This document shows, piece after piece, positions 23,870 to 32,460 of a stretch of 42,651 bases of DNA (position 1 is the stretch's first letter; every line of letters starts with the position of its first letter). The stretch spans positions 1-42,651 of the forward strand of contig VBMN01000078.1 in assembly GCA_005878385.1 (NCBI GenBank). The letters run 5' to 3'. Below the pieces are notes generated by a model. That model made no database searches. It saw only the letters and a list, made by a program, of their open reading frames with translations, and was not told the origin of the DNA. Source of the DNA: Methanobacteriota archaeon. GTDB lineage: Archaea; Thermoplasmatota; Thermoplasmata; RBG-16-68-12. A program made the translations under genes and the position numbers.

Positions 23870-24232
23870 TTACGGTACGCCGAAGATGGTCGTCGAGCCC
23901 GCCAAGATCAGCAGGGCCGCCAAGAAGGAGAGAATCACAAGGAAGAGTCGGACGAAGACGTCGAGTTCCTCAAAGAACACGGCCGCACTAATCAGACCGA
24001 GGACGAACAGGAACATTCCGATGTGAGCCACCGCAGGACCCCAGACGAGGCCCAGGTTATCCCGCGCGATCGCGGCCTCCTGCGACTCTCCGGGGTTCGG
24101 CCGGGCGTGACTCTCATCGACAAGGATCGCTCCCGCCAACAGGAAGACGAGCCCGAGCACGATCGCCAGGCCCACGAGCCGGCGTCGATCCATCATCATC
24201 GGTCCGCGCATCATCGGGGGTGGTGGTTGCAT
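23870..24232 (-). CDS. Small membrane protein (3 TM)
   Basis: 120 aa, hydrophobic, with an AT-rich promoter region upstream. Confidence 0.5.
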   Translation of the reverse strand: MQPPPPMMRGPMMMDRRRLVGLAIVLGLVFLLAGAILVDESHARPNPGESQEAAIARDNLGLVWGPAVAHIGMFLFVLGLISAAVFFEELDVFVRLFLVILSFLAALLILAGSTTIFGVP

Positions 24233-24268
24233 CCAATCCCTGCCTTTGTGGGCGCAGTTATGTCCGGA

Positions 24269-24280
24269 TTAATATATATT
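24269..24280 (-). promoter_or_regulatory. AT-rich TATA-like element (AATATATATTAA on the minus strand)
   Basis: Only pure A/T dodecamer in this intergenic region, about 40 nt upstream of ATG 24232. Confidence 0.35.
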
Positions 24281-24355
24281 CCGCTGAATAGGCGACTAAT
24301 ATAGGTTTCGCCAGGTCCATCACCCTGGGGCACGGATTCGCGCTCCGTTGGATGT

Positions 24356-25765
24356 TTACAGTCCAAGTTTCCCCGGATTCAGCACGTCCTGCGGATCGAG
24401 TGTCTCTTTGATTCGGCGTGCCAGGTCTGCACCGATCCCGAGCTCTTCGCCGATGAGGTGGGCCAGCTTCACCCCAATTCCGTGGACATATTCCATCGAA
24501 CCGCCGAGCGCGTGCGCCTTACGAATCAACGCATCGACCGACGCCGCGACCGCGGCCTTGGCCGCGGAACGATCCCCCAGGACGGGCTTCACGACCTCCA
24601 GGGAGACCAACTCAGGCTGGGTCCACAACCCGAAGCCGATCGGATGCACTCCGCGGCGGCGGAGAATCGCCAGGGCCGCTCGCCGGTACGCCAAGATCCG
24701 CGACCGCGGCAGGGCAACGTGGACGTAGTCGAAGATGGTGTCTTTCAACGCAACGTCTGCGCGCGTGACCCCCGGGGAAATTTCGTCGTGCATGTAGATG
24801 ATGTCGTGGCGGGTCCTCCAGTAGTCGCCTGCCTCGCGATTCGGCAGGGGGCTCGCATGGGCCGATCTCAAGCGACGACGTGCGACCCTCCAGGAAGCAG
24901 CGACGATCTCCTTGGCGCCCGCGAATCCCAGATAGAGCGTGGGCGGGCCGGCCTCGGCTCCCCACGGGAGCGCCGGCGCCTCGAAGGTCTCTTCGAAGTC
25001 CATTACACTCGGCGTCAATCCGTCATCATAGACACGAGAAAGCGCGGCGAATCCGGTCGAGAAATCTCGCAGGCGGAACGCGCGGATCACTTCCGTCGCG
25101 GGAACTGGGAACACGCGAAGGGTCGCGGCGGTCACGATGCCAACCGTCCCTTCGGTACCGATGAAGAGGCGCTTCAAGTCCAACCCCGTCGTGGATCGTG
25201 CCGCGGGCCGAGTTCGGATCACGGTCCCGTCCGCGAGGACGGCCTCGAGGCCCAAGACTTGGTCTCCCATCGTTCCACGGAGATAGCCGGCATATCCGAT
25301 TCCGTTCGTCCCGATGGCCCCTCCGACGGTGGCCCGGGGCTGGGACCAAGGATCGTGTCCGAGGGTGAGCCCGCGCCTCCGGAGCCGACGATCCAGCGCC
25401 TCCAAAACCATGCCGGCCTCCACGGTCACCGTACCGGAGATGGGATCGATTGCGCGAACCCGACGCATCTCCCGAAGGTCGAGGACAATCGAATCGGACG
25501 ACGGACGAGCCCCTCCCATGAGGCCAGTGCCTCCACCCCAAGGGACGAGTTTCAGTCCCGCATCAAGCGCGAAGCGCACGACGGTCGCAACCTCGGCGGC
25601 CGTTCGCGGCAAGACGACTGCCAGGGGAGACGGACCCCGTTCCTCCAACAGAGAACCGCGGTGCGCGCGAAACGCGTCCGTCTGGTAGCGCGGCGGAATG
25701 GACGGGCCCGTCATGACCCGGCGTGGACCGAGACGTTCCGCGAGGTTCGATAGATCCAGGCCCAC
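24356..25765 (-). CDS. FAD-linked oxidase (GlcD / D-lactate dehydrogenase family)
   Basis: FAD-binding PCMH-type N-terminus AVVLPRTAAEVATVVRFALDAGLKLVPWGGGTGLMGG and C-terminal SMEYVHGIGVKLA. Confidence 0.85.
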   Translation of the reverse strand: MGLDLSNLAERLGPRRVMTGPSIPPRYQTDAFRAHRGSLLEERGPSPLAVVLPRTAAEVATVVRFALDAGLKLVPWGGGTGLMGGARPSSDSIVLDLREMRRVRAIDPISGTVTVEAGMVLEALDRRLRRRGLTLGHDPWSQPRATVGGAIGTNGIGYAGYLRGTMGDQVLGLEAVLADGTVIRTRPAARSTTGLDLKRLFIGTEGTVGIVTAATLRVFPVPATEVIRAFRLRDFSTGFAALSRVYDDGLTPSVMDFEETFEAPALPWGAEAGPPTLYLGFAGAKEIVAASWRVARRRLRSAHASPLPNREAGDYWRTRHDIIYMHDEISPGVTRADVALKDTIFDYVHVALPRSRILAYRRAALAILRRRGVHPIGFGLWTQPELVSLEVVKPVLGDRSAAKAAVAASVDALIRKAHALGGSMEYVHGIGVKLAHLIGEELGIGADLARRIKETLDPQDVLNPGKLGL

Positions 25766-25807
25766 AGGAACGCAAACGACCCGGTCGTATACAAAGCGAC
25801 CGACGTT

Positions 25808-25954
25808 TCATGCGCGTTCAAGGTAGTACAGCGTGTAAGCCTTGCGGGATCGAGTCGGGTAGACGTTGTGGTCGAGGCGCACGGGAATCCACTGGTCCGG
25901 AAGTTCAATGAGGTCTTCCTCGTCGCACTCAAGCGTGTGGAGCTTGGCCTTCAT
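25808..25954 (-). CDS. Possible unlisted 48-aa ORF (MKAKLHTLECDEEDLIELPDQWIPVRLDHNVYPTRSRKAYTLYYLERA)
   Basis: ATG to TGA read manually. Its composition is far more protein-like than the overlapping Arg/Thr-rich track ORF 25711-25932. It ends 42 nt upstream of the FAD oxidase start. No homology was recognised. Confidence 0.25.
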   Translation of the reverse strand: MKAKLHTLECDEEDLIELPDQWIPVRLDHNVYPTRSRKAYTLYYLERA

Positions 25955-26263
25955 GGAGGATCGTTCGTTCGTGGGGGGAGAAGGGGAAAGGCCTTTCGAG
26001 CTAGTTCTCGCCCGTGATTCCTGAAACCCTCACCCTCGTCTCGGGCTCTCACGCCGGCCAAGAGCAGAGGGGACCATTCACGTTCAAGCCGCACGTACCA
26101 GGGTCGAGGAATTCGTCGGTTCCGATTCCGTGTCGCACGCTCTCCATGGGCCTCAGATGCGCTATATTCAAGCTTCGAAACAGCTACCTTAGCATTGCCG
26201 TCAGACAGTTCTCGGGAGGGAAACGCTTTTTACACCCTAGCGTATGGAGGACCGAGGTCAAAC

Positions 26264-26452
26264 ATGCCGTACACGTACCAGGGATGGACGCTGTACTCGC
26301 GAGATGTGAAACTGAAGAAGGGACCGAAAGTGACGATCTACTTCTTCAGTAAGCGGAAACCGAAAAGCGGCAAACCGATGGACGAAATGCCCAAGAACCG
26401 CAAGGTCGGCGTGAACAAGCGCACAGGCCTTCCGTTCTTGCGAAAAGGCTGA
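26264..26452 (+). CDS. Small basic hypothetical protein (62 aa)
   Basis: MPYTYQGWTLYSRDVKLKKGPKVTIYFFSKRKPKSG... GGAGG at 26246-26250 lies 13 nt upstream of ATG 26264. The ORF-track start is 26195. Confidence 0.55.
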   Translation: MPYTYQGWTLYSRDVKLKKGPKVTIYFFSKRKPKSGKPMDEMPKNRKVGVNKRTGLPFLRKG

Positions 26453-26579
26453 GTCCTCCCTCGCGACCCCATACGCCGAGGCATCTCGGGGGAGGCCCTC
26501 GGCCCTTTCCCTCTTTTGGTGGACCGTGTCCGTCGATTCAGATCGAACTGATTTCGTCGTCCTCCATCGGTGACGGAAC

Positions 26580-26587
26580 CTATTTGG
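26580..26587 (+). promoter_or_regulatory. TATA-like element (CTATTTGG) for the CoxG-like gene
   Basis: Centred 27 nt upstream of ATG 26610. Confidence 0.45.
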
Positions 26588-26609
26588 TGCGCTCTGTGAT
26601 GCTCGCGCG

Positions 26610-27038
26610 ATGCCGGAGGGGACCGTAGCGTTCGACGTAAACGCGCCGGTGGAAAAGGTGTGGTTCTTCCTGAGCGACATGCGCCAGGTGGGTCGGTGCG
26701 TGCCCGGTGTAGAGAGCATAGAGGTCCTGGATGCGACCCATGCTCGCTGGACGCTAACGGTGAAAATCGGCCCGCTGTCTCAGACGATGAAGGTCTTGAC
26801 GGAAACGCTGGAGCAGGTGCCTCTCCGGCGTGGTCGCTTCCGCGCCGAGGCGGAGAACCTCGACATGATGGGAACGATTGACCTCGCGCCCGCCGGGAAC
26901 GGGACGAAAATCATCTACACGATGGCCGTGAACGCAAAGGGTCCGTTGGCGCGAATCATGGACAACTTCATGCGCACCAAACTGAAATCGCAAACGGAAG
27001 AATTCGCCGCGAACGTGAAACGGGCCCTCGACGGCTGA
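26610..27038 (+). CDS. SRPBCC-fold CoxG-family protein
   Basis: FDVNAPVEKVWFFLSDMRQVGRCVPGVESIEVLD, with a typical CoxG length of 142 aa. Confidence 0.8.
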   Translation: MPEGTVAFDVNAPVEKVWFFLSDMRQVGRCVPGVESIEVLDATHARWTLTVKIGPLSQTMKVLTETLEQVPLRRGRFRAEAENLDMMGTIDLAPAGNGTKIIYTMAVNAKGPLARIMDNFMRTKLKSQTEEFAANVKRALDG

Positions 27039-27104
27039 AGACCCGTTGGAATTAGGGAGGGATCGCCCCGGGTCTCGCTCAATCATGATAACCGGAGCCC
27101 AGCC

Positions 27105-27112
27105 CTTTTAAG
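27105..27112 (+). promoter_or_regulatory. TATA box (CTTTTAAG) for the HTH regulator gene
   Basis: Centred 27 nt upstream of GTG 27135. Confidence 0.5.
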
Positions 27113-27134
27113 CCAACAAGCGCGAATCGGGCCC

Positions 27135-27596
27135 GTGGCCTTTGTCGGACCGACAAATGGCGGTAGTCCGGCCCCTCGACCTCAATTGGTGGCCGAGGAT
27201 CTCCTCTTCTACGATAAGGACGGCCAGTCCCTTCTGGACGACCACGCCCTCCGCATTCTGATCGCCTTGCACCAGGAGAGCCTGACTGCCCAACAGATCG
27301 CGAGCCGGTACCGAGTTCCGATTGCGGCTTGCTACCGGCGGGTCCGTCGACTCACGTCGCTCGGGCTCATCTCGGAGGCGGGTTTCGTCACGGAAGGCCG
27401 TCGGCGGCCCGCACGGCTCTACAAGTCCGAAGTCGACCGCTTCCAGATCACCTATGGCAGCGGCAAGATGCTTCTCCTTCTGATGCTTCGAAACGGGTCC
27501 GAGACGAAGACCTTGGTCGGAATTCCACCCGACGTCGCGGTCAGTGGAACAGCGCCGCCACTCCCGCACGAAGTCGGGGAATATCCGTCCGCATGA
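27135..27596 (+). CDS. Winged-helix (ArsR/TrmB-like) transcriptional regulator
   Basis: LDDHALRILIALHQESLTAQQIASRYRVPIAACYRRVRRLTSLGLI. The 3' end overlaps the convergent SIS gene by 56 nt. Confidence 0.7.
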   Translation: MAFVGPTNGGSPAPRPQLVAEDLLFYDKDGQSLLDDHALRILIALHQESLTAQQIASRYRVPIAACYRRVRRLTSLGLISEAGFVTEGRRRPARLYKSEVDRFQITYGSGKMLLLLMLRNGSETKTLVGIPPDVAVSGTAPPLPHEVGEYPSA

Positions 27597-28596
27597 TGTC
27601 CGGGTTCGCGTGCCGTGCGAGGGCTGCATAGTAGGCGATGAATTGCATCGGAATCACGGAGATGATCGGCCGCAGGTCGGCACGGGCCGCAGGGAGCCGA
27701 ATCGACGCTCGCGGGTGTTCTCCGATCTCCGTGACCTCCGCCCCGCTTTTCGAAAGTGCCCGACGCGCCACATCGGACCGTGTCCCATCGGTCCGGCTCC
27801 GCAGAAGCACGACCGACTCGCCTCCGTCGAGGGAGAGGAAGGGCCCGTGGAGGAACTGCTCCGGATGATAGGCGCTCGCAGTCAAGCCACACGTCTCGCG
27901 AATTTTCAGCGCGGCCTCGAGCGCCGTGACCTGATCCAAACCGGCCCCGAGGAATGTGACCTTGTCGTGGCGTGCGATCCGTCGCGCGACCCTTTTGAGC
28001 GCGGATTCGGTCTCCAACGTCTTCCGCATGACCTGGGGTAACCTCGTAATCGCCCGAGCTGCATCGGCCCACCCCTGCCGTTGCTGTGCGGCGAGGATTG
28101 CGAAGGCGATCAACTGGGTCGTGTAGCTCATCGTGTTCGCCCACGAGCGGTCGTGGGTCGAACCGATCACGAGGGTCCGATCGACGATTCGCTCCATGCT
28201 CGAGTCGGGGAGACCGCAAACGCCGAGCACTCGCAAACCGCGACGCTTCGCTCGCGCGAGCGCGCGGTTTGTGGTCGGCGTCGATCCGCTGTGACTCACG
28301 CCGAGAACGGTCGCTTTCCCGGGAGGAAGCGGCCCAAAGGCGAGGTCGTAGGCGTGAATCGCTTCGACCACGCACCGAGTGCCCAATGCGTCTTGCAGGA
28401 TTTTCGCCCCGTACATCGCGGCATGAAAGGACGTTCCGCATCCGGTCAGAACGAGATGATGTGACCGTGACAGGGATTTCCCGAAGTCACTCTTCCAAAC
28501 CCGATCGATGGCCTCCTCCGCGTAGGCGGGCTGGGCGTGGATCATCGAGTGCATGTGAAACGGATGCCGAGACCGAGGGTCTGGAAAAGAGACCAT
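27541..28596 (-). CDS. Double-SIS-domain sugar-phosphate isomerase/deaminase (GlmS C-terminal / AgaS / FrlB-like)
   Basis: LVLTGCGTSFHAAMYGA and VLGVSHSGSTPTT in the first SIS domain, TFLGAGLDQVTALEAALK in the second. No glutaminase domain. Confidence 0.85.
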   Translation of the reverse strand: MVSFPDPRSRHPFHMHSMIHAQPAYAEEAIDRVWKSDFGKSLSRSHHLVLTGCGTSFHAAMYGAKILQDALGTRCVVEAIHAYDLAFGPLPPGKATVLGVSHSGSTPTTNRALARAKRRGLRVLGVCGLPDSSMERIVDRTLVIGSTHDRSWANTMSYTTQLIAFAILAAQQRQGWADAARAITRLPQVMRKTLETESALKRVARRIARHDKVTFLGAGLDQVTALEAALKIRETCGLTASAYHPEQFLHGPFLSLDGGESVVLLRSRTDGTRSDVARRALSKSGAEVTEIGEHPRASIRLPAARADLRPIISVIPMQFIAYYAALARHANPDIMRTDIPRLRAGVAALFH

Positions 28597-28618
28597 GGTT
28601 GGGCATGGTCATCCGGCC

Positions 28619-28626
28619 CATAAATC
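28619..28626 (-). promoter_or_regulatory. TATA box (GATTTATG on the minus strand) for the SIS gene
   Basis: Centred about 27 nt upstream of ATG 28596. Confidence 0.5.
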
Positions 28627-28744
28627 GGACGCGCGGCTCGGAGATCAGGCAAAAACGGAACAACTCACGTTATTCTTAAATCGGATAGCACAAGACACGG
28701 CGGCGAAGAGGTGAAAGCGTGGACGGGCCGCCGAAAGATCCGAA

Positions 28745-31501
28745 CTAGGTCCCCGCTCGAGAGGATGTCGAAGGACGAGCCTCCTGAGCGTCGATTCGAC
28801 GCTGGAGATCTTCAATCGTCCCGATCAACAAGGTCCCACCGAGCTTCCGGGCAATTGTGTCCGCTTCCGCCAGGAGGTCCCGGGTCCGGTCGACGTCACC
28901 CTTCTCGAGGTAGAAACGGGCCACGTAGGTGAGCGCGCGGGCGTAATCTGAGAGGTCGCCCAACTGTTTCAACTCGTGGAGAGCCCGCTCCCACAGACGG
29001 ACCGCGCGATTCCAGCGGCCTAGTCCCATCTCTCTTTGTCCGTCCGTGATGTCGAGCAAAGCGATCGTGCTTCGCTCCTCCAACATTTGTACAAACCGCT
29101 TCGCCTCCTCAAGGATCGGTCCGGCATCGACGTACAGGCCCAGGTCCACCATCGCCGCGGATCGATTCATGAGCGCGTATCCTTGGAGACGGATGTTTCC
29201 GACCAACCGGGCGATTTGCAACGCGCGGTCGTAGTACTTGAGGGCCTGGTCGTGACGAGCGAGGTCGTGCATCGAGACACCGACCGCGATGGACGCCCTC
29301 GCGGTTTCCGTGAGGTTCCCGCCGCGTTCCGCGACCCGCAATCCCTCGACCTTGAACTCGAGGCCGCGTTCCGCATTGCCTCGGCGAGCCTCAATCGTCC
29401 CGAGGGCCGTGAGACTTCGGGCCAATGCACCGGGTTCAGACACCTCGGTCGCTAAGTCCACGGATTCGTTCATGTGGGAAGCGGCCTGCGCGAGGTCTCC
29501 CTTCGCTTGTTCCAGCAGGGCCATCTCCCGGAGCACCTCGCCACGTTCGGCCGCGTCCGGATGCGACTCGAGCCGGGCCTGCGCCTCGACCAGATGACCC
29601 AATGCCTTCGAAAACTCGTCCCGACAGCGTTCGATCGACGCGACCTTTCGAAGCAACCGCGGGACCCGTTCCGGTCGACGGTTCGACTCCGCCCGCTGGA
29701 CCGCATGTCGGTACTCGAGCAAGGCGGGCTGCAGATCTCCCGAAGCTCGCAGGGCATCGCCCATCACCTCCGGCAGAATGCACGCGGGCAAAGGTTCGAG
29801 GGCGGTGCCGTCGATCGGGTGCAGCACGCGGAGGAGCTCGGAGGCCGGAACGGAGTCGAGCAGGGCAGTCCCATGGGAGACCAGATACTCTCCGAAGGCC
29901 TTCGTGTCTCCCGCTTCGAGGAAGTGGTGCATTCCCTCGAGGCGGTCCCTCATCTCCGATCCATCGAGGAAATACACGGCCGCGAGGGAATGGAACGACC
30001 GACGACGGCCGTCCGGCAGCCGTTCCCGGATGTAGTCGCGAATCGTATCGTGCACGACGACGCCTGCCGAAATCGTCGGAGCGAGGAGATTCTTCGCCTG
30101 CAGCCCGTGAATCGCGGCTTGCCACTCGCTCGAGAAACAATGAAGCGCGTCGAGGGGGACGAGTCCGCGGAACAGGGAGGCGGCTTCCAGGATCGTCCGC
30201 TCGTCTTTCGTCAAGGTACGCCAGATTTCCCTCTCCAGGTACCGGGTCATTTCTCCGCTGACCGTGGAACCCGTCTGGGCCGCGAACGACAGGAGGATCG
30301 GGTGGCCTCGCGCCGAACCCGCGGCGCGGTCCAGGGCGGCTTCGTTCCCCGCGAAACCCTTCGAACGAAGGAGACCAAGAGATGCGGCCGGATCCAGGCC
30401 CTCCACCCGCATCACCTCGGCTCGGAATCCCTTCGTCCCTTTGCGGCGTACGAGGGCGGACGGAATCGTGCGTGAGATGAGGAGGATCTTTGCCGAAGCT
30501 TCCGAGCCCAGGTCCAGGATCGGACCCGCAATGAACCGGGCTAGATCGGCCGTGGCCCCCTGGAAATTGTCGAGGACGAAGAGGATCGGGACGTCGTGCA
30601 ACTCGTGTGCGAGCACGCGGGCCGTCACCTGTGGATCTTCCACGCGGCGCTCCGCCAAGAGATTCGTGAGGCCTCGTCGGCCCAGCCGCGCCAGGAACGA
30701 GGCCAGGTCCTGTAGGAACACGGCGCGCGTCGTGCCGTCGTGGATTTCGAACCAGTAGATGTAAGGCCGCGGGCGCTGGCGGACGAGCCAACTCGCGACG
30801 AGCGTGCTCTTCCCGATCCCCGCGATGCCCGTGACCACCAGGAGAGCGGAGGGAGATTCGGACCACGCATCGAGGGCGTGGAACTCCTCCACCCGACCGA
30901 AGACGCGGCCCAGGCGACGCAAGGTGTCGCCCCACAGGACCGGCGCGACGGCCCCCGACCCGATCCCGTGCAGTCGGGTAAAATCGAGTCGACCTCCACG
31001 GACTAGGGACACGGCGGCGGTCAGGTTCACATACGCCGGGAAAATCTCGGGGATTTCCGCGACCCGCATGGGTGTCGGGTCGAGGCCTGGGGCCAGGACC
31101 TCGACGATGTCCCCCTGAAGGCGGGCCCGCAACTTCATCGCCTCGACCCAGCCCTCGTGAGTGAGACGATACACCGTTTTCCGGACTCGATGACCGGGTA
31201 CGTGGGCCCGTTCTCCGGCGATGAGCCCTGTCGACTCCATGCGCGCAAGCCATTTCGTCGCCGTCGTTCGGCCGGAATGGGTCGCGGACGCAATGCCTTC
31301 CTGGGTGAGCGCACTCAGAGTCCCCGGTTCGTGCGCCGCGGTGGACGAGAGGTGCGTCAGGACGCGGATCGGGGTCGAATAGAATCGCTTTCTCCGATAC
31401 CCCCGCGCCACGAAAGGGAGAGGAGGACGATGGCTCTTAAGGATATCCAAAACGGAACATTTCGGGGCAGAGCCTATTTTCGAACATGATAACATTCCCA
31501 T
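28745..31501 (-). CDS. wHTH - STAND/NB-ARC-like P-loop NTPase - TPR repeat protein
   Basis: N-terminal wHTH TQEGIASATHSGRTTATKWLARMESTGLI..YRLTHEGW. Walker A VVTGIAGIGKSTLV. Walker B PILFVLDNFQ. C-terminal about 400 aa of TPR-like helices. The ORF-track start 31618 would overlap the divergent UbiA gene, so I prefer ATG 31501 or 31495. Confidence 0.8.
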   Translation of the reverse strand: MGMLSCSKIGSAPKCSVLDILKSHRPPLPFVARGYRRKRFYSTPIRVLTHLSSTAAHEPGTLSALTQEGIASATHSGRTTATKWLARMESTGLIAGERAHVPGHRVRKTVYRLTHEGWVEAMKLRARLQGDIVEVLAPGLDPTPMRVAEIPEIFPAYVNLTAAVSLVRGGRLDFTRLHGIGSGAVAPVLWGDTLRRLGRVFGRVEEFHALDAWSESPSALLVVTGIAGIGKSTLVASWLVRQRPRPYIYWFEIHDGTTRAVFLQDLASFLARLGRRGLTNLLAERRVEDPQVTARVLAHELHDVPILFVLDNFQGATADLARFIAGPILDLGSEASAKILLISRTIPSALVRRKGTKGFRAEVMRVEGLDPAASLGLLRSKGFAGNEAALDRAAGSARGHPILLSFAAQTGSTVSGEMTRYLEREIWRTLTKDERTILEAASLFRGLVPLDALHCFSSEWQAAIHGLQAKNLLAPTISAGVVVHDTIRDYIRERLPDGRRRSFHSLAAVYFLDGSEMRDRLEGMHHFLEAGDTKAFGEYLVSHGTALLDSVPASELLRVLHPIDGTALEPLPACILPEVMGDALRASGDLQPALLEYRHAVQRAESNRRPERVPRLLRKVASIERCRDEFSKALGHLVEAQARLESHPDAAERGEVLREMALLEQAKGDLAQAASHMNESVDLATEVSEPGALARSLTALGTIEARRGNAERGLEFKVEGLRVAERGGNLTETARASIAVGVSMHDLARHDQALKYYDRALQIARLVGNIRLQGYALMNRSAAMVDLGLYVDAGPILEEAKRFVQMLEERSTIALLDITDGQREMGLGRWNRAVRLWERALHELKQLGDLSDYARALTYVARFYLEKGDVDRTRDLLAEADTIARKLGGTLLIGTIEDLQRRIDAQEARPSTSSRAGT

Positions 31502-31537
31502 GACCACGAGCGTCCAAGCGAGCCCAGAGCGCAACCC

Positions 31538-31547
31538 TTTTTTCGAA
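31538..31547 (+). promoter_or_regulatory. T-rich TATA-like element (TTTTTTCGAA) in the 65-bp divergent spacer
   Basis: Centred 25 nt upstream of GTG 31567 (UbiA). It is the only A/T-rich element between the divergent STAND and UbiA genes. The consensus match is weak. Confidence 0.3.
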
Positions 31548-31566
31548 GCGAGGAGCTCGCGGCGCG

Positions 31567-32460
31567 GTGAAAACGCTCGAGTGGATCCGGGCCTCGCAGG
31601 CCCTGTTGTTCGAGGCATCCGTCATACCGGTGATCGTCGGAACGGCCGCAGCGATCCATGCGGGGGCCCGCTTCGATGCCGCGTGGTTCGCCCTGATTGT
31701 CATTTCGCTCGTAGGAATCCAAGCGGGAGCGAACTTGTTCAAGGGATACTATGAAGGCCGCGATCGGTCCGTTCCTCCTGCCTCACCGGGCTCCTGGTTC
31801 GCGTTCGATAGCACCGCGGCGACGAACCTGACGTCCGACCCAGAGGACGTTCTCCGACTCGGGAGGATTTGCTTCGGACTTGGAGCCGCAGCAGGCCTCT
31901 TGCTTGTCGCCCTATCGAGGAATCCCCTCCTTCTCGGGTTCGGCCTCGCGGGCGCATTGTTGGCATGGAGTTACAGCTCTCCTCCCCTCCAACTCAGTTA
32001 CCGAGGCATCGGCGAGCTCTCGACGTTTTTCGCATTCGGACCGGTCATGACGGTCGGGGCCACCGTCGCGTTTGGAGGCGCAGGACTTCGCGAGAGCGCG
32101 TTCGCCTCCGTTGTCCTCGGGTTTCTCGCGGCCGCCATTTCCTTTGCGCGGTACTTCCCCAATCGAGAGGAGGACGTATCTAAAGGAAAAGCGACGCCCG
32201 TCACAATCCTCGGTTTCGCGAAGGGGAGACGGGCCTTCTTGGGTTTGCTAATTGCACCGCTGCCGTTCGGGATCGTGTGGTACCTTTTCGGAGGCGGGGT
32301 TTTGTGGATCATGGCTGTCCTTGGGTCCTTCCTCGCCGTCGTTCTTCTGTTTCCGAAGGAACAAGTGGGCGCGCGGTTCGAACGCGTGGTCGCCGGAGCG
32401 ATCGCCGCACATATCATTGTCGGGTTCGCGTTAATCGTCGATCTCGCGGTCGGGCTATAG
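31567..32460 (+). CDS. UbiA-superfamily prenyltransferase, MenA-like, first Asp-rich motif degenerate
   Basis: 9 TM-like segments. LSYRGIGELSTFFAFG and NREEDVSKGKATPV align by eye to the MenA motifs YGYIGLGD and NNxRDxxxDxxxGKxTL. The expected NDxxDxxxGxD is replaced by NLFKGYYEGRD. Confidence 0.75.
   Translation: MKTLEWIRASQALLFEASVIPVIVGTAAAIHAGARFDAAWFALIVISLVGIQAGANLFKGYYEGRDRSVPPASPGSWFAFDSTAATNLTSDPEDVLRLGRICFGLGAAAGLLLVALSRNPLLLGFGLAGALLAWSYSSPPLQLSYRGIGELSTFFAFGPVMTVGATVAFGGAGLRESAFASVVLGFLAAAISFARYFPNREEDVSKGKATPVTILGFAKGRRAFLGLLIAPLPFGIVWYLFGGGVLWIMAVLGSFLAVVLLFPKEQVGARFERVVAGAIAAHIIVGFALIVDLAVGL

Noticed and set aside
25955-26609. C/D-box sRNA, SRP RNA or other structured RNA in the two AT-richer spacers (25955-26263 and 26453-26609)
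   Set aside because: I found no convincing RUGAUGA...CUGA box pairs or conserved SRP or RNase P motifs by eye. There is only a short hairpin, CCGAGG..CCTCGG (about 26474-26500), followed by a short T-run. A covariance-model scan is needed before any call.
31502-31618. Longer start (31618) for the STAND gene
   Set aside because: The extra 39 residues are Arg/Pro/Ser-rich and would overlap the divergent UbiA gene and its promoter. The wHTH domain begins after Met 31501/31495.
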